This document shows positions 32,026 through 42,891 of a stretch of DNA of 64,000 bases, one piece after another. Each line of letters starts with the position of its first letter. The stretch's first letter is position 1. The notes under the pieces were generated by a model. The model searched no databases, had not been told where the DNA came from, and was given only the letters and a program-made list of their open reading frames with translations. The stretch lies in IMG/VR virus record IMGVR_UViG_2049941000_000847; one strand, 5' to 3'. This stretch comes from an uncultured virus (IMG/VR IMGVR_UViG_2049941000_000847). Lineage: Duplodnaviria > Heunggongvirae > Uroviricota > Caudoviricetes. The position numbers and the translations under genes are program-made.

Positions 32026-34332
32026 TCAGGTCGACCGAGAGTCTATCTTGTCCTTGTCGAATATCGTGTTCCACGCATTTTCCTTGTTTAGCGTGGATGT
32101 CATCTTGTACTTGACATCCGGTTGTTTCACCGGTTCCGACACGTTTGCCACGTAGTCGGTGACGACATCCGACATAAGGTCGACTTCTATGTGGATGCAC
32201 GGGTCCGTCGGTGGCTTAAGATAGTTCCTGAGTATGCCATCCTTCTTGGCCTTTGCCAGCACCTGGTCGAACGCCGCACAGTTCTCCGCTGGTTCCAGGC
32301 ACGAGACGGAGCCCTGTTTGAAATATCCGTTCTTGCCGCTCTGCGCCGATATGTCTATTGCCTGGATCTTTGACGGGTTCCCGGAGTGTTTGCTTATGTT
32401 CTCGCCACCATCTTCTTCGTCATATCCCAAACTATTATATGCGTCCCACATCGCTTTTTTCACTCTGTCGACATCGCTTCCGGTGACAGGCATCCATTTG
32501 ACTCCGTTGTGGTCCGAAGTCGTCTGCCATAAGCACGGCGCACCACCTCGCTTTTCCAATTGGTTGACATTTGTGAACCCGTATTTCCCAAGTTTCGCCT
32601 TTTCTTTGTAGTATGCGTCCTGTACCACCTGGCCGGCTCCCTTTCTGTATGTGACTGGAGTACCGTTGTTGCAGTTCCCGAACATGGCAGTTTCTATCTG
32701 GTATTTAATGGGTCTGCAGAGCGATGTTATGCATATCTTTGTTATCCCGGCCTCGGCGCACAGGTTCCGTACCAGTTTTTCCGCTATCGGTTCAAGCCGC
32801 TGGCTCTTCCCGTTCACCTTCATTATAGTGCTGGCGTATGTGATGGAAACGTTCGATCCGTCCAGTCCGACCTTGAAGTCTCCCTCGTTTGGATATCTCA
32901 ATATCTCGGTCACACCGTTCATGAACACGTCGAAGTGTCTCTTCTTCATCGCTTCAATGTCAAGCTCGGTCGGCAGCGTGGTCGACCCATATGTCAGCTT
33001 CGCTGATCCGTTGCCAAGGGCATATGCGTATATCTTGTTCGCTTCGTCGATTCGACGCTTTCTCGCCGCGTTCGATTCCGCCGGTGTTCTGGCTATTACG
33101 TCTGCCGCCAGTGCGAAGTATATCTTAGCCCTGTTCGAGTCCTTCGGCAATCCTCTTACAGGAGATATCTTCCCATTGTCCTTTACCGTAACGACCTTCC
33201 CATCCTCTTCTTTGTACTGGTCGAATCCGCCGACGCCAAACATGGTAACCTGGTGATTGAATCCTATCAGGTAATACGTCCCTATGGTGACGAAATAGCT
33301 GACGAACGCGCTGTACGGGTTGTCTTCCTTGAGAGCAACGCCTACGTCCCATATATAACTGGACACAGCTGTTCTCACGGCCTCTGGAAGCGCATTGTGT
33401 GTAAGCACTCCCCAGTGTCCGCATGGCCAGGACGTGGAGTTTTTTAGTATGTTCCACAGGCGTATGCGAGCATACCTTATGAAGGTGTACTTTATCTGGT
33501 TCCCGCTGAGGGTCACGTTCTTGTAATCGTCGTTTCCGGCAATGTCGGACCATTTGAGGTTCTTCTTAGATATGTTTTCTATGAGCTTGTACGTGCTCTC
33601 GTCTATGCCGTTCGCCGGGTCGCCGTGCATGTCTCCGTTTTCGTCCAGAGAAGACACGCCGAATACGCTTTTCAGGAACATCTCGCGCTGCGATTCCTGC
33701 CCCTGCGGCACGTCGAAGTTTACGTGTATGCAGCCGAGGTATATGGAGTCGCCTCCTCTGTTGTGGAACTTGCCTTTCTTGTCCACGTCGTCGATATGCT
33801 CGTATATCCACGACCAATCCGGTTCGACCGTACCGGAGCGATACATGTTTGCGAATGTGACGGATATGCCGTCCAGGCCGATTGCTAGAGACGGGAAGAG
33901 TCTCGGGTCGAACGGATTGGCGCCAAGAGCGGCTCCCATAGCATTTGACGCACCTTCTGCGGCGGCCGGTCCAGCCGGAACCAATCCGGAGAGACCTGTT
34001 ATACCGGCCTTGTTCATCTGGTTGGCCACGTCTATGTAGTCGATCATCTCCTGCAGTTTCGGGTCGAGAACGCCGACGTCTCGGTCCTTCAATATGAACT
34101 CGAACATGTCGGCCAATGCGTTTGAGAAGTCCGTGAACCTGTGCTGGTTCTCTTCGGGTACCTGCGCACGCTGCTCCGGCGTAAGTTTGTTTTCCGGGTC
34201 CGCTACGTCGTAGAATCCGTGCGACTTGAATATGTCGTAGAATTTTCCGCCTTTCCCCCTAGCGGCTTCGATGGCATCATCGACCGCGTTGGAGAGCTGC
34301 ATCTTGTATCTTGAAATCAGTGGTAGCGCCAT
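32026..34332 (-). CDS. Virion-associated peptidoglycan hydrolase: pesticin/lysozyme-like domain plus M15-like Zn peptidase
   Basis: LPEAVRTAVSSY...RRIDEA; ITSLCRP...SKH......AID...IHIE; TATAAACT at 34354-34361. Confidence 0.55.
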   Translation of the reverse strand: MALPLISRYKMQLSNAVDDAIEAARGKGGKFYDIFKSHGFYDVADPENKLTPEQRAQVPEENQHRFTDFSNALADMFEFILKDRDVGVLDPKLQEMIDYIDVANQMNKAGITGLSGLVPAGPAAAEGASNAMGAALGANPFDPRLFPSLAIGLDGISVTFANMYRSGTVEPDWSWIYEHIDDVDKKGKFHNRGGDSIYLGCIHVNFDVPQGQESQREMFLKSVFGVSSLDENGDMHGDPANGIDESTYKLIENISKKNLKWSDIAGNDDYKNVTLSGNQIKYTFIRYARIRLWNILKNSTSWPCGHWGVLTHNALPEAVRTAVSSYIWDVGVALKEDNPYSAFVSYFVTIGTYYLIGFNHQVTMFGVGGFDQYKEEDGKVVTVKDNGKISPVRGLPKDSNRAKIYFALAADVIARTPAESNAARKRRIDEANKIYAYALGNGSAKLTYGSTTLPTELDIEAMKKRHFDVFMNGVTEILRYPNEGDFKVGLDGSNVSITYASTIMKVNGKSQRLEPIAEKLVRNLCAEAGITKICITSLCRPIKYQIETAMFGNCNNGTPVTYRKGAGQVVQDAYYKEKAKLGKYGFTNVNQLEKRGGAPCLWQTTSDHNGVKWMPVTGSDVDRVKKAMWDAYNSLGYDEEDGGENISKHSGNPSKIQAIDISAQSGKNGYFKQGSVSCLEPAENCAAFDQVLAKAKKDGILRNYLKPPTDPCIHIEVDLMSDVVTDYVANVSEPVKQPDVKYKMTSTLNKENAWNTIFDKDKIDSRST

Positions 34333-34367
34333 GTTTGACCCGTGGTTACATATAGTTTATAGGGTGC

Positions 34368-35262
34368 TCACTTTGCCGCTATTTTAGACACTATTTCGGC
34401 CAGGTCCTTGTAATCGAATTTTCCCCCGTTCACCGAAGCCGCGTACTGATGCCCCTCGGCTCCATATATGGTCGCTCCATACGCTCTCATATACGAACAA
34501 AGCATGCTTTCGCCTATGATTTCGTCTAGAACAGATTGATCACCGGAGGAAACGCGCTTCTCAATGTCTTCCCACGAGGGTGTCTTGCTTTTAACGTAAA
34601 ACGATTTATACACGTTCAAGAACGCCTTCAATTCTACGAACGTCTCAGGCTGATGGATCCCGGTAATGTAAACTCCGTCTTTCAGGCTTCCTCTGATGTC
34701 CATGGCATGTCTCATCATGGCGTCGTATTTGCTATCATCGCCGGAAAAACAAAACGCGCACACGATCTCTTTTATACCGTGTTCATTTGCCAGGGTATTG
34801 ATGTCTTTCAAAAGCGTAGAGAAATCGCCGTCGTGCATTCCGCACATGACGCATTTGTTCTGCTTGTTTTGTATCGTCTTGTTCGTTGGGAACGGGTGGT
34901 GCGGAAGCGTAGTGTGTGCGTTCCTTATACCCGACATTTTGGCCACTTGTTCCTGGAGGCGGTTCAGATATATGATATGATAACACCTTTTCAGGAACGG
35001 TATCGAGTCCTTCGAGAACTCGTGCACGAACGCTATTTTCCTTGCAGAACCTATGTTCTTGTATTTCTCGTAGTTCATCGACGAATCGACGTTCACGAAC
35101 ACGATGTCGTCCGGTCCGAGCGGCGCCCGGCTTGGGTTCATGTATTTTACATACGGATAATGATGGAACAGTNNNNNNNNNNGCCATCAGCTTGGAATAA
35201 TCCCATGCCTTTATGCGGTCTTCAAGCGCAAACAGCGAGCGATTGGTTCCCTTGTCAACCAT
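34368..35262 (-). CDS. Hypothetical, possibly divergent GT-B glycosyltransferase-like (probably starts at 35262 across the gap)
   Basis: DIVFVN..IAFVHE..HIIYLN pattern; frame open upstream of 35141 to the gap. Confidence 0.35.
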
Positions 35263-35812
35263 CGGTCTTCCCGATCAAATCAAATGCGAATCCTTCAAGG
35301 ACCATCTTTTCCTTGACTGTCTTGACTATATCCATGATATCAAGGGTTGTTTCATATGAATCGTCCTCGTGGTACCGCTTCAGTTCGGACTTGATGCAGT
35401 TCTCTATGTCGTATGGAATTCTGTTGGAGAATATGAATCTGGCCGAGTTCTCGATCACACATAGGTCTATCAGCGGATTTTCCATCTCTCCGATGTCGGC
35501 CTTGGTGTCCATGCAATCCTGCACGTACTTTCCTATTTCCGACTTGGCCTTTTCCTCGTCCATCTGTTTCTGCTCGCCGAGTTCGGAGTCGGTCTCGTAT
35601 TCGGGTGCACGAGTGACATACTTGCCGATAAGCGGGTTCTGCTTCTGCTTTTCGCCGATCCACTCCTTGTATTCCTTCGTGGTGGGAAGATTTCTCTCCT
35701 TGCCGGTATATTCAACGAGATCCGTCGATCCCATCTTCTCCTTTTTCTCTGCTTCAAGCGCCCATGCGATATCCTCGAAGGTGTCGCGTTTGGATATTAT
35801 GCGTTTTCTCAT
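35255..35812 (-). CDS. Hypothetical protein
   Basis: 185-aa ORF coupled to neighbours. Confidence 0.6.
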   Translation of the reverse strand: MRKRIISKRDTFEDIAWALEAEKKEKMGSTDLVEYTGKERNLPTTKEYKEWIGEKQKQNPLIGKYVTRAPEYETDSELGEQKQMDEEKAKSEIGKYVQDCMDTKADIGEMENPLIDLCVIENSARFIFSNRIPYDIENCIKSELKRYHEDDSYETTLDIMDIVKTVKEKMVLEGFAFDLIGKTDG

Positions 35813-36144
35813 TTCTTCTTTTTCCTCATCTTACGAAGGTCGATGTTGTATTTCTTCTTCATCTCGTCGGCGACTATCTTTTTTGAACGTTCAGACAGTA
35901 CTTCGCCATAGATGAATTCCGGGTCCTGGTAGTCGCTGAGCATTACTATGAGCTCGTGATATTCCAGGTCGGCCTTGTGCTTGTCGTACACCGTGTCAAG
36001 CGCTCTTGACAGCTTGTCGGCACATTTCTTTATTATGTTCTCGTCGGCGGAAAGGGTTATCGGTATCGAGTTTGGTGTGTCGCATTCCATCAGAATGGAA
36101 TTGATCTCGTGCGCTATCTGCGATTTGCTTAGATCGGGCGTCAT
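35809..36144 (-). CDS. Small protein, possibly T4 gp33-like late transcription co-activator
   Basis: 111 aa; YHELIV..DPE....LSERSKKIVADE..KYNI loosely resembles the gp33 C-terminal helices. Confidence 0.3.
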   Translation of the reverse strand: MTPDLSKSQIAHEINSILMECDTPNSIPITLSADENIIKKCADKLSRALDTVYDKHKADLEYHELIVMLSDYQDPEFIYGEVLSERSKKIVADEMKKKYNIDLRKMRKKKK

Positions 36145-36211
36145 GGTATCCTGTAGCTGTGGCCACAGTAAAATATAGATTATTTCGGTTTAACTTGTGT
36201 ACGATTCCGAT

Positions 36212-37080
36212 CTAATATGCGGAGAGATTTACCAACACCGGATATCCACCGGATTTGTCGTCAGCCAAGTCATATCCCTCTTCAATGGAATCCTCTGTAA
36301 CGTACTTTATGTTGTTCATCACATACTCGATCCCTTTGTCTGACAGCCCGGTCACATGATTTCCAGGACAATGACCGAAAACAAGCAGTTCCCCGGCAAG
36401 GACTGGCTTCATGTTTGTGTCAAATGCAGACCACCTATCATTTTCCTTTCCAGTATTAACCATGATGTCGAATGCTTCGTTACCAATCCTTAACGGTCCA
36501 AATTCGGTTTGTTCACACCGAAGAAGGTCTTTTACCCGTTCGTCCGGGTTATCCGACGTATCTATTTCGACAACTTCCACTTTTTCATCATATGGGTCTA
36601 TGAGAACGGCACGAACAACAGCTTCTTCCTCATCACCATCGGTTCCGGTCGCAACTTGTCTCGATACGGCGTCCGCGAGCATGTCGCCAGCTTTGCGATG
36701 TTCGTCGCCATCTTCTCCTTCAAACTTCCAGTCTTCCAATACGCCATTTTCCTTGGCTAGTGTCAGGATTGCCTTCACTATGGTGTCAAAGACTTCAGAG
36801 TCGGTTTCGAAGTATTCCACNNNNNNNNNNNNNNNNNCTGGTTACCATCGTCTCCAATCGGGTAGTCCAAAAATATGACAAAGGTGTCTTTGTCGTCACC
36901 GTTGCTGCGATCAAGTATCAAATGTGCCCCTTGGTCATATAGCGTAACCCTTTCGGATGGGGTTCCTAGCGCCTCAACCGTTTCATTGTAAATTCTGACG
37001 GCATTGTATGCCTTTTTCAAAAAATCAAGAGGAAAGCTTTCTTGTCCGCGCTTAACATAAAAGATGTTTTTGTATTTCAT
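36212..37080 (-). CDS. Hypothetical protein with C-terminal DUF3846-like domain (spans gap)
   Basis: AVLIDP..KVEVVEI...LAGELLVFG; TATAAACT at 37109-37116. Confidence 0.45.
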
Positions 37081-37216
37081 GTGTTTGTGACCGGGCCATG
37101 CTAGTTTTAGTTTATAACCAGATTCCGCATCATTTTTGAGAGCTATTCATCGATTGTGCGCAACAACTCCTCCGTAAAATACTATATTTGTTGTGCCATC
37201 TCCAGGAGAACATCCA

Positions 37217-37537
37217 ATGTCCCAAATCCAGCATTTCGACACCACTTCTTTCGACGCAGCCATCTCAGGAGAACTTCCGGTTCTCGTTGACTTTTGGGCA
37301 ACTTGGTGTGGTCCATGCCGCATGCTAGGCCCAATCATCGACAAGATCGCAGAAGAATATGACGGAAAGATTGTTGTCGGAAAGGTCGATGTGGACCAGT
37401 CCTCCGACCTGGCGGCTCGATTCGGAATCTCCTCAGTCCCGAGCGTGAAGCTCTTCAAGGGTGGTGTCGAGGTGGCCAGTGTCACCGGAGCGGTTCCGAA
37501 GACCAGCATCGCCAAAATAATTGACGAAAATCTCTGA
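37217..37537 (+). CDS. trxA: Thioredoxin
   Basis: VLVDFWATWCGPCRM, cis-Pro SVP; AGGAG RBS. Confidence 0.95.
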   Translation: MSQIQHFDTTSFDAAISGELPVLVDFWATWCGPCRMLGPIIDKIAEEYDGKIVVGKVDVDQSSDLAARFGISSVPSVKLFKGGVEVASVTGAVPKTSIAKIIDENL

Positions 37538-37591
37538 CACTTCGCCGCGAAAAAATACTATATTATGTGCAAGGCAATGGAATAGACTGCC

Positions 37592-38596
37592 ATGGGAATA
37601 GATCTAGGGAAGCCAGCACCTTACGTCAGAAACGTGGTGCCGGAGAAAAGAGAAGAGACTGGTGATATCGGGTTCGTAATCCAGAACGCCAAGAAGACCT
37701 TGGCCGAGGAGAAGCGAAAGGAAATTGTAAAAAAGAAGAAACAATACGACTCGAAGCGCAAGTACCTTCAGAAGCAGAAGATACTCACCGGACACCTCTC
37801 GAAGCCGCGCTCAACAAAACTCACGCCAATGGACTGGCGCACGCCGGCCGGCAAAAAGGCGATCCAGGTCGTCATATCCAGAGACAACTCCAAGGTATAC
37901 TCGGATTCTGTCGTTTTCGCCCCAAGAGCCATTTTCGGACAGGCAAGATTCGGCCACGAGTCCATGCGCAACGCATTCGACATGCTAAACGACTTCCAGT
38001 GCCAGATCAAGGAGCACAACGGTCAGCGGCTGGATGAAGCGCCAGAATGGATCGTGATCCAGACATCCAAGGACATCATCCTAGACCGCAATATAGTTAT
38101 GCGGCTAAAGGAACTGAACGACACCACTGGCGCGGCGTGCGCATTCGGATACGACCGCATAAACATGGACGGAAACATGTGGTTCTACCCGTCTCCGAAC
38201 ACCGCGAACTACTCGCGCGGCTACTACATCCAGGGGAACGAGAACAACATAGAATGGAACCACGTTTTCGGCACGGACCCCAAAAACAGCAAAAAATACC
38301 GTATTTTGATAGGTGCTGGCCCGTTCATGGCCATCCGCGGGCGGATCTTCTACCAGATAAATTTCGAGGAACTTACCAGAGAGTTCTACTCCGGCTTCTG
38401 CCACATGCTCCCGACCCTCTCCATGGAGATCTGGAAGCTGGGCATGCCGATCGCACAGATAAGCACGCTGTCGATGCAGTTCGACAACACCGAACGGCAT
38501 ATAGACGACAACGAGTTCATCATGGACCACGAGGTGTTCATGAAGCGGTACGGGAAGTACTTCCCGCTCACCATCATGGACAAATTTTTACGCTGA
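37592..38596 (+). CDS. Basic N-terminus plus degenerate GT-A glycosyltransferase-like domain
   Basis: WIVIQTSKDII, GPFMAIR, FEE..GFCH resemble a GT2-like core without canonical acidic motifs. Confidence 0.4.
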   Translation: MGIDLGKPAPYVRNVVPEKREETGDIGFVIQNAKKTLAEEKRKEIVKKKKQYDSKRKYLQKQKILTGHLSKPRSTKLTPMDWRTPAGKKAIQVVISRDNSKVYSDSVVFAPRAIFGQARFGHESMRNAFDMLNDFQCQIKEHNGQRLDEAPEWIVIQTSKDIILDRNIVMRLKELNDTTGAACAFGYDRINMDGNMWFYPSPNTANYSRGYYIQGNENNIEWNHVFGTDPKNSKKYRILIGAGPFMAIRGRIFYQINFEELTREFYSGFCHMLPTLSMEIWKLGMPIAQISTLSMQFDNTERHIDDNEFIMDHEVFMKRYGKYFPLTIMDKFLR

Positions 38597-38675
38597 TTTT
38601 CGTATTTGTATAAACCACAAGTACCGGAAAATACTATATTTAGAGCACACAACGGTTTTTAGGAGAACCAACAGA

Positions 38676-39635
38676 ATGTCTTCAGGACTGCAGAAACTTC
38701 TCGAATACAACCGCCAAAAGAAAAAGACCAAGGAACGCGAACGGTGCATCGTAAAGACGCTGAACGTTCGAAAGAGAAAGCCTCTCCCAAAGGAGAAGTT
38801 CGATCCTTCGACCGGAAAGTCGTCAGCCAGGAAAAGCGACCAATGCTTCATCATCATCCCGGACGTGCACTCGTACCTGCGCGATGACAAGGCATTCGAC
38901 CTGTGCATGGAAAGCCTTCCGATACTCAACAAGATGTACAACGTCACCAAGGTCATCCAGCTCGGAGACCTGCTGGAATGCGGAGAATACAACAATCACC
39001 CGCAGGCGTGTCCGTACGAAGAAATGCCGACGTACTCGGAAGAAGTCCAGTGGGCGATCGACGAGTTCTGGAAACCAGTGCAAAAAGCATGCCCGAAGGC
39101 AAACTACTATGCTCTGATGGGGAACCATGAAAACCGGCTTAGCACCTATATCGTCAAGGCAGCCGGACGCAATGAAATCGCCGCGGAAATCTTCGACTCG
39201 TTCATGCCCACGCAGGTGTATGAAGAACTCGGAGTAAACGTCACACCATACGGAACGGAATCCGTAACCGACGGTGTGCTGGAGATCTTCCCCGGACTGG
39301 TCTGCATCCACGGATGGTCCGCCGCCATGAACGCGGCGAAGACGCATCTCGATCAACTAACCGGCGGTATGTCGATGATCTTCGGACACACGCACAGAAT
39401 CCAGAGTTACGTTAAGAGAAACCCGATCACGAACGAACAAGTCGGCGCATGGTCGTTCGGCGCCCTCGCCCGCAACAACATGCTCTGGAACAAAGGACGT
39501 CCGACACAGCACAACCTCGGCTTCGGGATCGTCCTCACGCACGGAAAGGAATTCAAGGTCATCACGCTGGAGATAAAGATCGCCGGCGACAAGCGCACCC
39601 TGTTCCTGCCCGACGGAACCATAATGGAGAAGTAG
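38676..39635 (+). CDS. Calcineurin-like metallophosphoesterase
   Basis: PDVH, LGDLLE, MGNHENR, IHG, FGHTHR. Confidence 0.9.
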   Translation: MSSGLQKLLEYNRQKKKTKERERCIVKTLNVRKRKPLPKEKFDPSTGKSSARKSDQCFIIIPDVHSYLRDDKAFDLCMESLPILNKMYNVTKVIQLGDLLECGEYNNHPQACPYEEMPTYSEEVQWAIDEFWKPVQKACPKANYYALMGNHENRLSTYIVKAAGRNEIAAEIFDSFMPTQVYEELGVNVTPYGTESVTDGVLEIFPGLVCIHGWSAAMNAAKTHLDQLTGGMSMIFGHTHRIQSYVKRNPITNEQVGAWSFGALARNNMLWNKGRPTQHNLGFGIVLTHGKEFKVITLEIKIAGDKRTLFLPDGTIMEK

Positions 39636-39636
39636 T

Positions 39637-40074
39637 TTGCCAAGGAAACCAATCGTAGAGCACGTTTCCATCATCTCGGCCGACAAGAAGACCGAGGGCG
39701 GAAGCGTGTACACTCTGGAACTGGTGAACAGCATCTGCAACTTCATCAACTCGAGAGCCGGTTCCCTGATAATAGAGGAACTCAACACCGTCGAGCGGAA
39801 GATGAAAGGAATCGACCCGGCTCTTCCGCTGCTAGACGAGGCGTGGGGAATAATAAAGGAAGCCCGGGTCGAAAACGGCGAACTCATCATCGGGTTCGAA
39901 TACACAAAGACGAAGTACGGGAAGAAGTTCAGGAGGATCGTATCGTCCATTGGAATGAACGGCCTGAGCATATTCCCGGTCGGATATGGAAACGTAGGTG
40001 AAAACGGAATAGTGTCCGACTACACACTTTTGTTCGTGGGCGTACTGCCCAAGGAAGCGCATGCACAATCTTAA
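39637..40074 (+). CDS. Prohead protease (gp21)-fold protein, apparently non-catalytic; start codon uncertain
   Basis: VYTLE..EL...L..AWGIIKE..VENGEL..TKYGK...VGYGNV...VSDYTL follows the gp21 layout. Confidence 0.45.
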   Translation: MPRKPIVEHVSIISADKKTEGGSVYTLELVNSICNFINSRAGSLIIEELNTVERKMKGIDPALPLLDEAWGIIKEARVENGELIIGFEYTKTKYGKKFRRIVSSIGMNGLSIFPVGYGNVGENGIVSDYTLLFVGVLPKEAHAQS

Positions 40075-40804
40075 CCAAAGCGGATTCAACTCATACGGAA
40101 GAGACACAAAACCACTCACGAAGGAACAGACTCTAAGGCTGTTCGTGATGTATCGCGAGTTCGGCGACATGTCCGCCCGTGACGAGCTCATCATACACAA
40201 CATACCGTTCGCGATCAAGTGCGCGACGGCTTACCAGAACAGGTTCAAGCACGTCGAAATGGAGGACATGACGTCCTACGCCATATCCGGCATAATGAAA
40301 GCCATAGACAAGTTCGACTACAAGGGAAAGACGAAGTTCATCACGTACTGCGTCTACTGGATCATGGACAGCATGCGAGACTGTGTGTACAAGTACGAGA
40401 GCACGATCAGGTATCCGCAGGCGATCCACAGGGAAATAATAAAGAAGTACAAGGACAACGAATTCGGCGAGACCGAAGAGGCGATTCTCTCCAACATAAT
40501 CGGGTCCGGTGGCGGATTAGGAGAGTCCGAAGACATCGACGTATGCGACAACATCGACGACGGGTCGTACAGCGAGTTCGAGGAAGAGCTCAGGCAGCAG
40601 CATATCTCGAAGAAAATAAAGGGCGCTCTCGGGAAACTTTCCGATGCTGAACGCGGCATACTCGTTCTCATGTACGGAATAGACGATGGCGTCGTCCGCA
40701 CGTCCAAGGAAATCATGGCGAAGATGCGATTGAGCAGAAAGAAGTTCGTGGAAATCAGAGACTCGGCCATGGTCAAGATCAAAGAGGTGCTGGAGGCGGC
40801 TTAA
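40061..40804 (+). CDS. Sigma70-family RNA polymerase sigma factor
   Basis: Region 2 ARDELIIHNIPF...GIMKAIDKFD..KFITYCVYWI; region 4 LSDAERGILVLMYGI..TSKEI. Confidence 0.9.
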   Translation: MHNLNQSGFNSYGRDTKPLTKEQTLRLFVMYREFGDMSARDELIIHNIPFAIKCATAYQNRFKHVEMEDMTSYAISGIMKAIDKFDYKGKTKFITYCVYWIMDSMRDCVYKYESTIRYPQAIHREIIKKYKDNEFGETEEAILSNIIGSGGGLGESEDIDVCDNIDDGSYSEFEEELRQQHISKKIKGALGKLSDAERGILVLMYGIDDGVVRTSKEIMAKMRLSRKKFVEIRDSAMVKIKEVLEAA

Positions 40805-41251
40805 ATGCCAGGTTTCGCGGTTCATAGTTCCGTAGGAGCGTGTGTCGGTGCGGCTTTTGGTGTCGCAGCGTACAACAACTTCGGCTGCTCGATGAACTTG
40901 TCGGTCGCCACCGGGGTCACCGCATGGCTGTTCTCGATCTTCCCGGACATCGACATAAAGTCCAAGGCGTCCAAGATATTCTACACGATTTTCCTCGCGG
41001 TGATGGTCGCTGCGTTCGCATACAAGAAGTATGTGATGGGTAACATAATAGGCATGCTTGCGTGTCTGCCGCAACTGGCAAACCACAGAGGTGTATTCCA
41101 CAGTCCGGTCATGGCGTTTGTGCTGGGATTGATGCCGGTCGTTTACGGATTTTCGACCGGAACGCATGCTGTGGAGTCGATATACGTTTCGGCTGCGGTG
41201 ATAACCGGATACTTCACTCATCTGGTGTTGGATGGATGGTTCCACAACTAA
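40805..41251 (+). CDS. YdjM-like membrane metal-dependent hydrolase
   Basis: H..., FPDID, HRGVFHS, GYFTHLVLD with hydrophobic helices. Confidence 0.85.
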   Translation: MPGFAVHSSVGACVGAAFGVAAYNNFGCSMNLSVATGVTAWLFSIFPDIDIKSKASKIFYTIFLAVMVAAFAYKKYVMGNIIGMLACLPQLANHRGVFHSPVMAFVLGLMPVVYGFSTGTHAVESIYVSAAVITGYFTHLVLDGWFHN

Positions 41252-41288
41252 GTCCAGAAAATACTATATTAGGATCGAGGTTTATTAA

Positions 41289-42746
41289 GTGTCAGCACAG
41301 ATCCAAAACATTTTTCGAGAAGAGCTCATACTAAGCCTGCTCTTCAATGACATCCACATACAGGGAAAGGTTATCGGTTCTCTAGATCCGGAGTTCTTCA
41401 CGGAACAGCCTAGAAAGGACCTATGCAAGCATTTCATCCAGTTTCACAACAAGTACAACAAGTTCCCGACGTTGCAGGAGATGGTCGTGTCTCTACCGGA
41501 CGGTCCAGAGCGCGACCTGGCGTTGAAGATCGCCGGAGCGGATCTGTCGTGTGTCGATAGAACCCTGTCCGCGAACATGCTGGAAACATTCGTTCGCGAA
41601 GAGATGACCAAGAAGGTCTTGTCCGGAATCGCGGAAGACATTTACGAACGCAAGTTCGACAACATGCAGGGAACGATCGGCAGTCTGCAGGAAGCAGTCA
41701 ATTTCAAGCTGGACAGCGATCTCGGCATAGATGTCGTTGACGACGCAGAGGAAGCTTTGGAACGGCTCAGAAAAAGCGTTGTTCCCATCCCGTCTGCGAT
41801 CAAGTCAATTAACGATTTCACGACCGACGACAACAGCACCGGGGGCGGATACTATAGAAAGGCTCTCAGTTTGTTCATCGGTAACTCCGGCGTCGGTAAA
41901 ACGTTCTTCCTATGCAATGAAGCGGTGCATGCATATCGTACGGGGCACAATGTTCTATACATTTCCCTCGAAGTTTCCGAAGAACAGATCTGGAAACGTC
42001 TGGCCTGCAACATAAGCGGTATCAAATCCACCGCCATAAAATACACCGACATACAGGAAATCAAATCAAAGCTTGGATCGAGCACGATAGACGGCATGAC
42101 CCAGTGCGGACGTCTATTCGTGAAGACAATGAAGACAACCTCCACAACGGTGGATGCTGACAACGTGCGGAAGGAAATCGAGGAATCGCAGAACATAAAG
42201 TTCGACATGATGATCATCGACTATATCGGTATCATCAAGCCAGCGAAGAGACACGGTAGCTATTACGATCCAAGCAACTCGTATAGCGTTGGCAAGGAAG
42301 TGGTGGAACAGCTGCGAGACATCGCGTTGGTAAACAACCTTGTCTTACTCACGGCTTCGCAGTCCAACCGCTCAGGGTACGACCAACTCGTGAAGTCGAT
42401 GGCAAATACGGCGAACTCCGCGGCAATCAACGATACCGCCGACCTGATGATAACAATCGGGAACGACCAGATGATGCGGCAGATGTGCATGTTCTCCCAC
42501 ATGATATTGAAGAACCGTTTCGGTTCGGCCGGTGTGGATACATTCTTCACGAAGATCAATTACGATACATTCACCATCGTGGATGCAAATCAGGGAGATG
42601 TCGACACGCTTTCGGCGGCAAGGTCGCAGCAGGAACTTGATACAAGCAATCTGGAAATAAGAGGAGAACCCACGGTGTCCATGCCAAGGAGCGCGTCTGG
42701 TCAGGCAAAAACCCAGAAGCCAAAGTCCTCAAAGCAAAAGAAGATG
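41289..42746 (+). CDS. Replicative DnaB-like helicase (T4 gp41-like); end lies in gap
   Basis: GNSGVGKT, YISLE, IIDYIGI, TASQSNRSG, LKNRFG. Confidence 0.92.
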
Positions 42747-42891
42747 NNNNNNNNNNNNNNNNNNNNNNNNNNNNNNNNNNNNNNNNNNNNNNNNNNNNNN
42801 NNNNNNNNNNNNNNNNNNNNNNNNNNNNNNNNNNNNNNNNNNNNNNNNNNNNNNNNNNNNNNNNNNNNNNNNNNNNNNNNNAAAACGAGGA

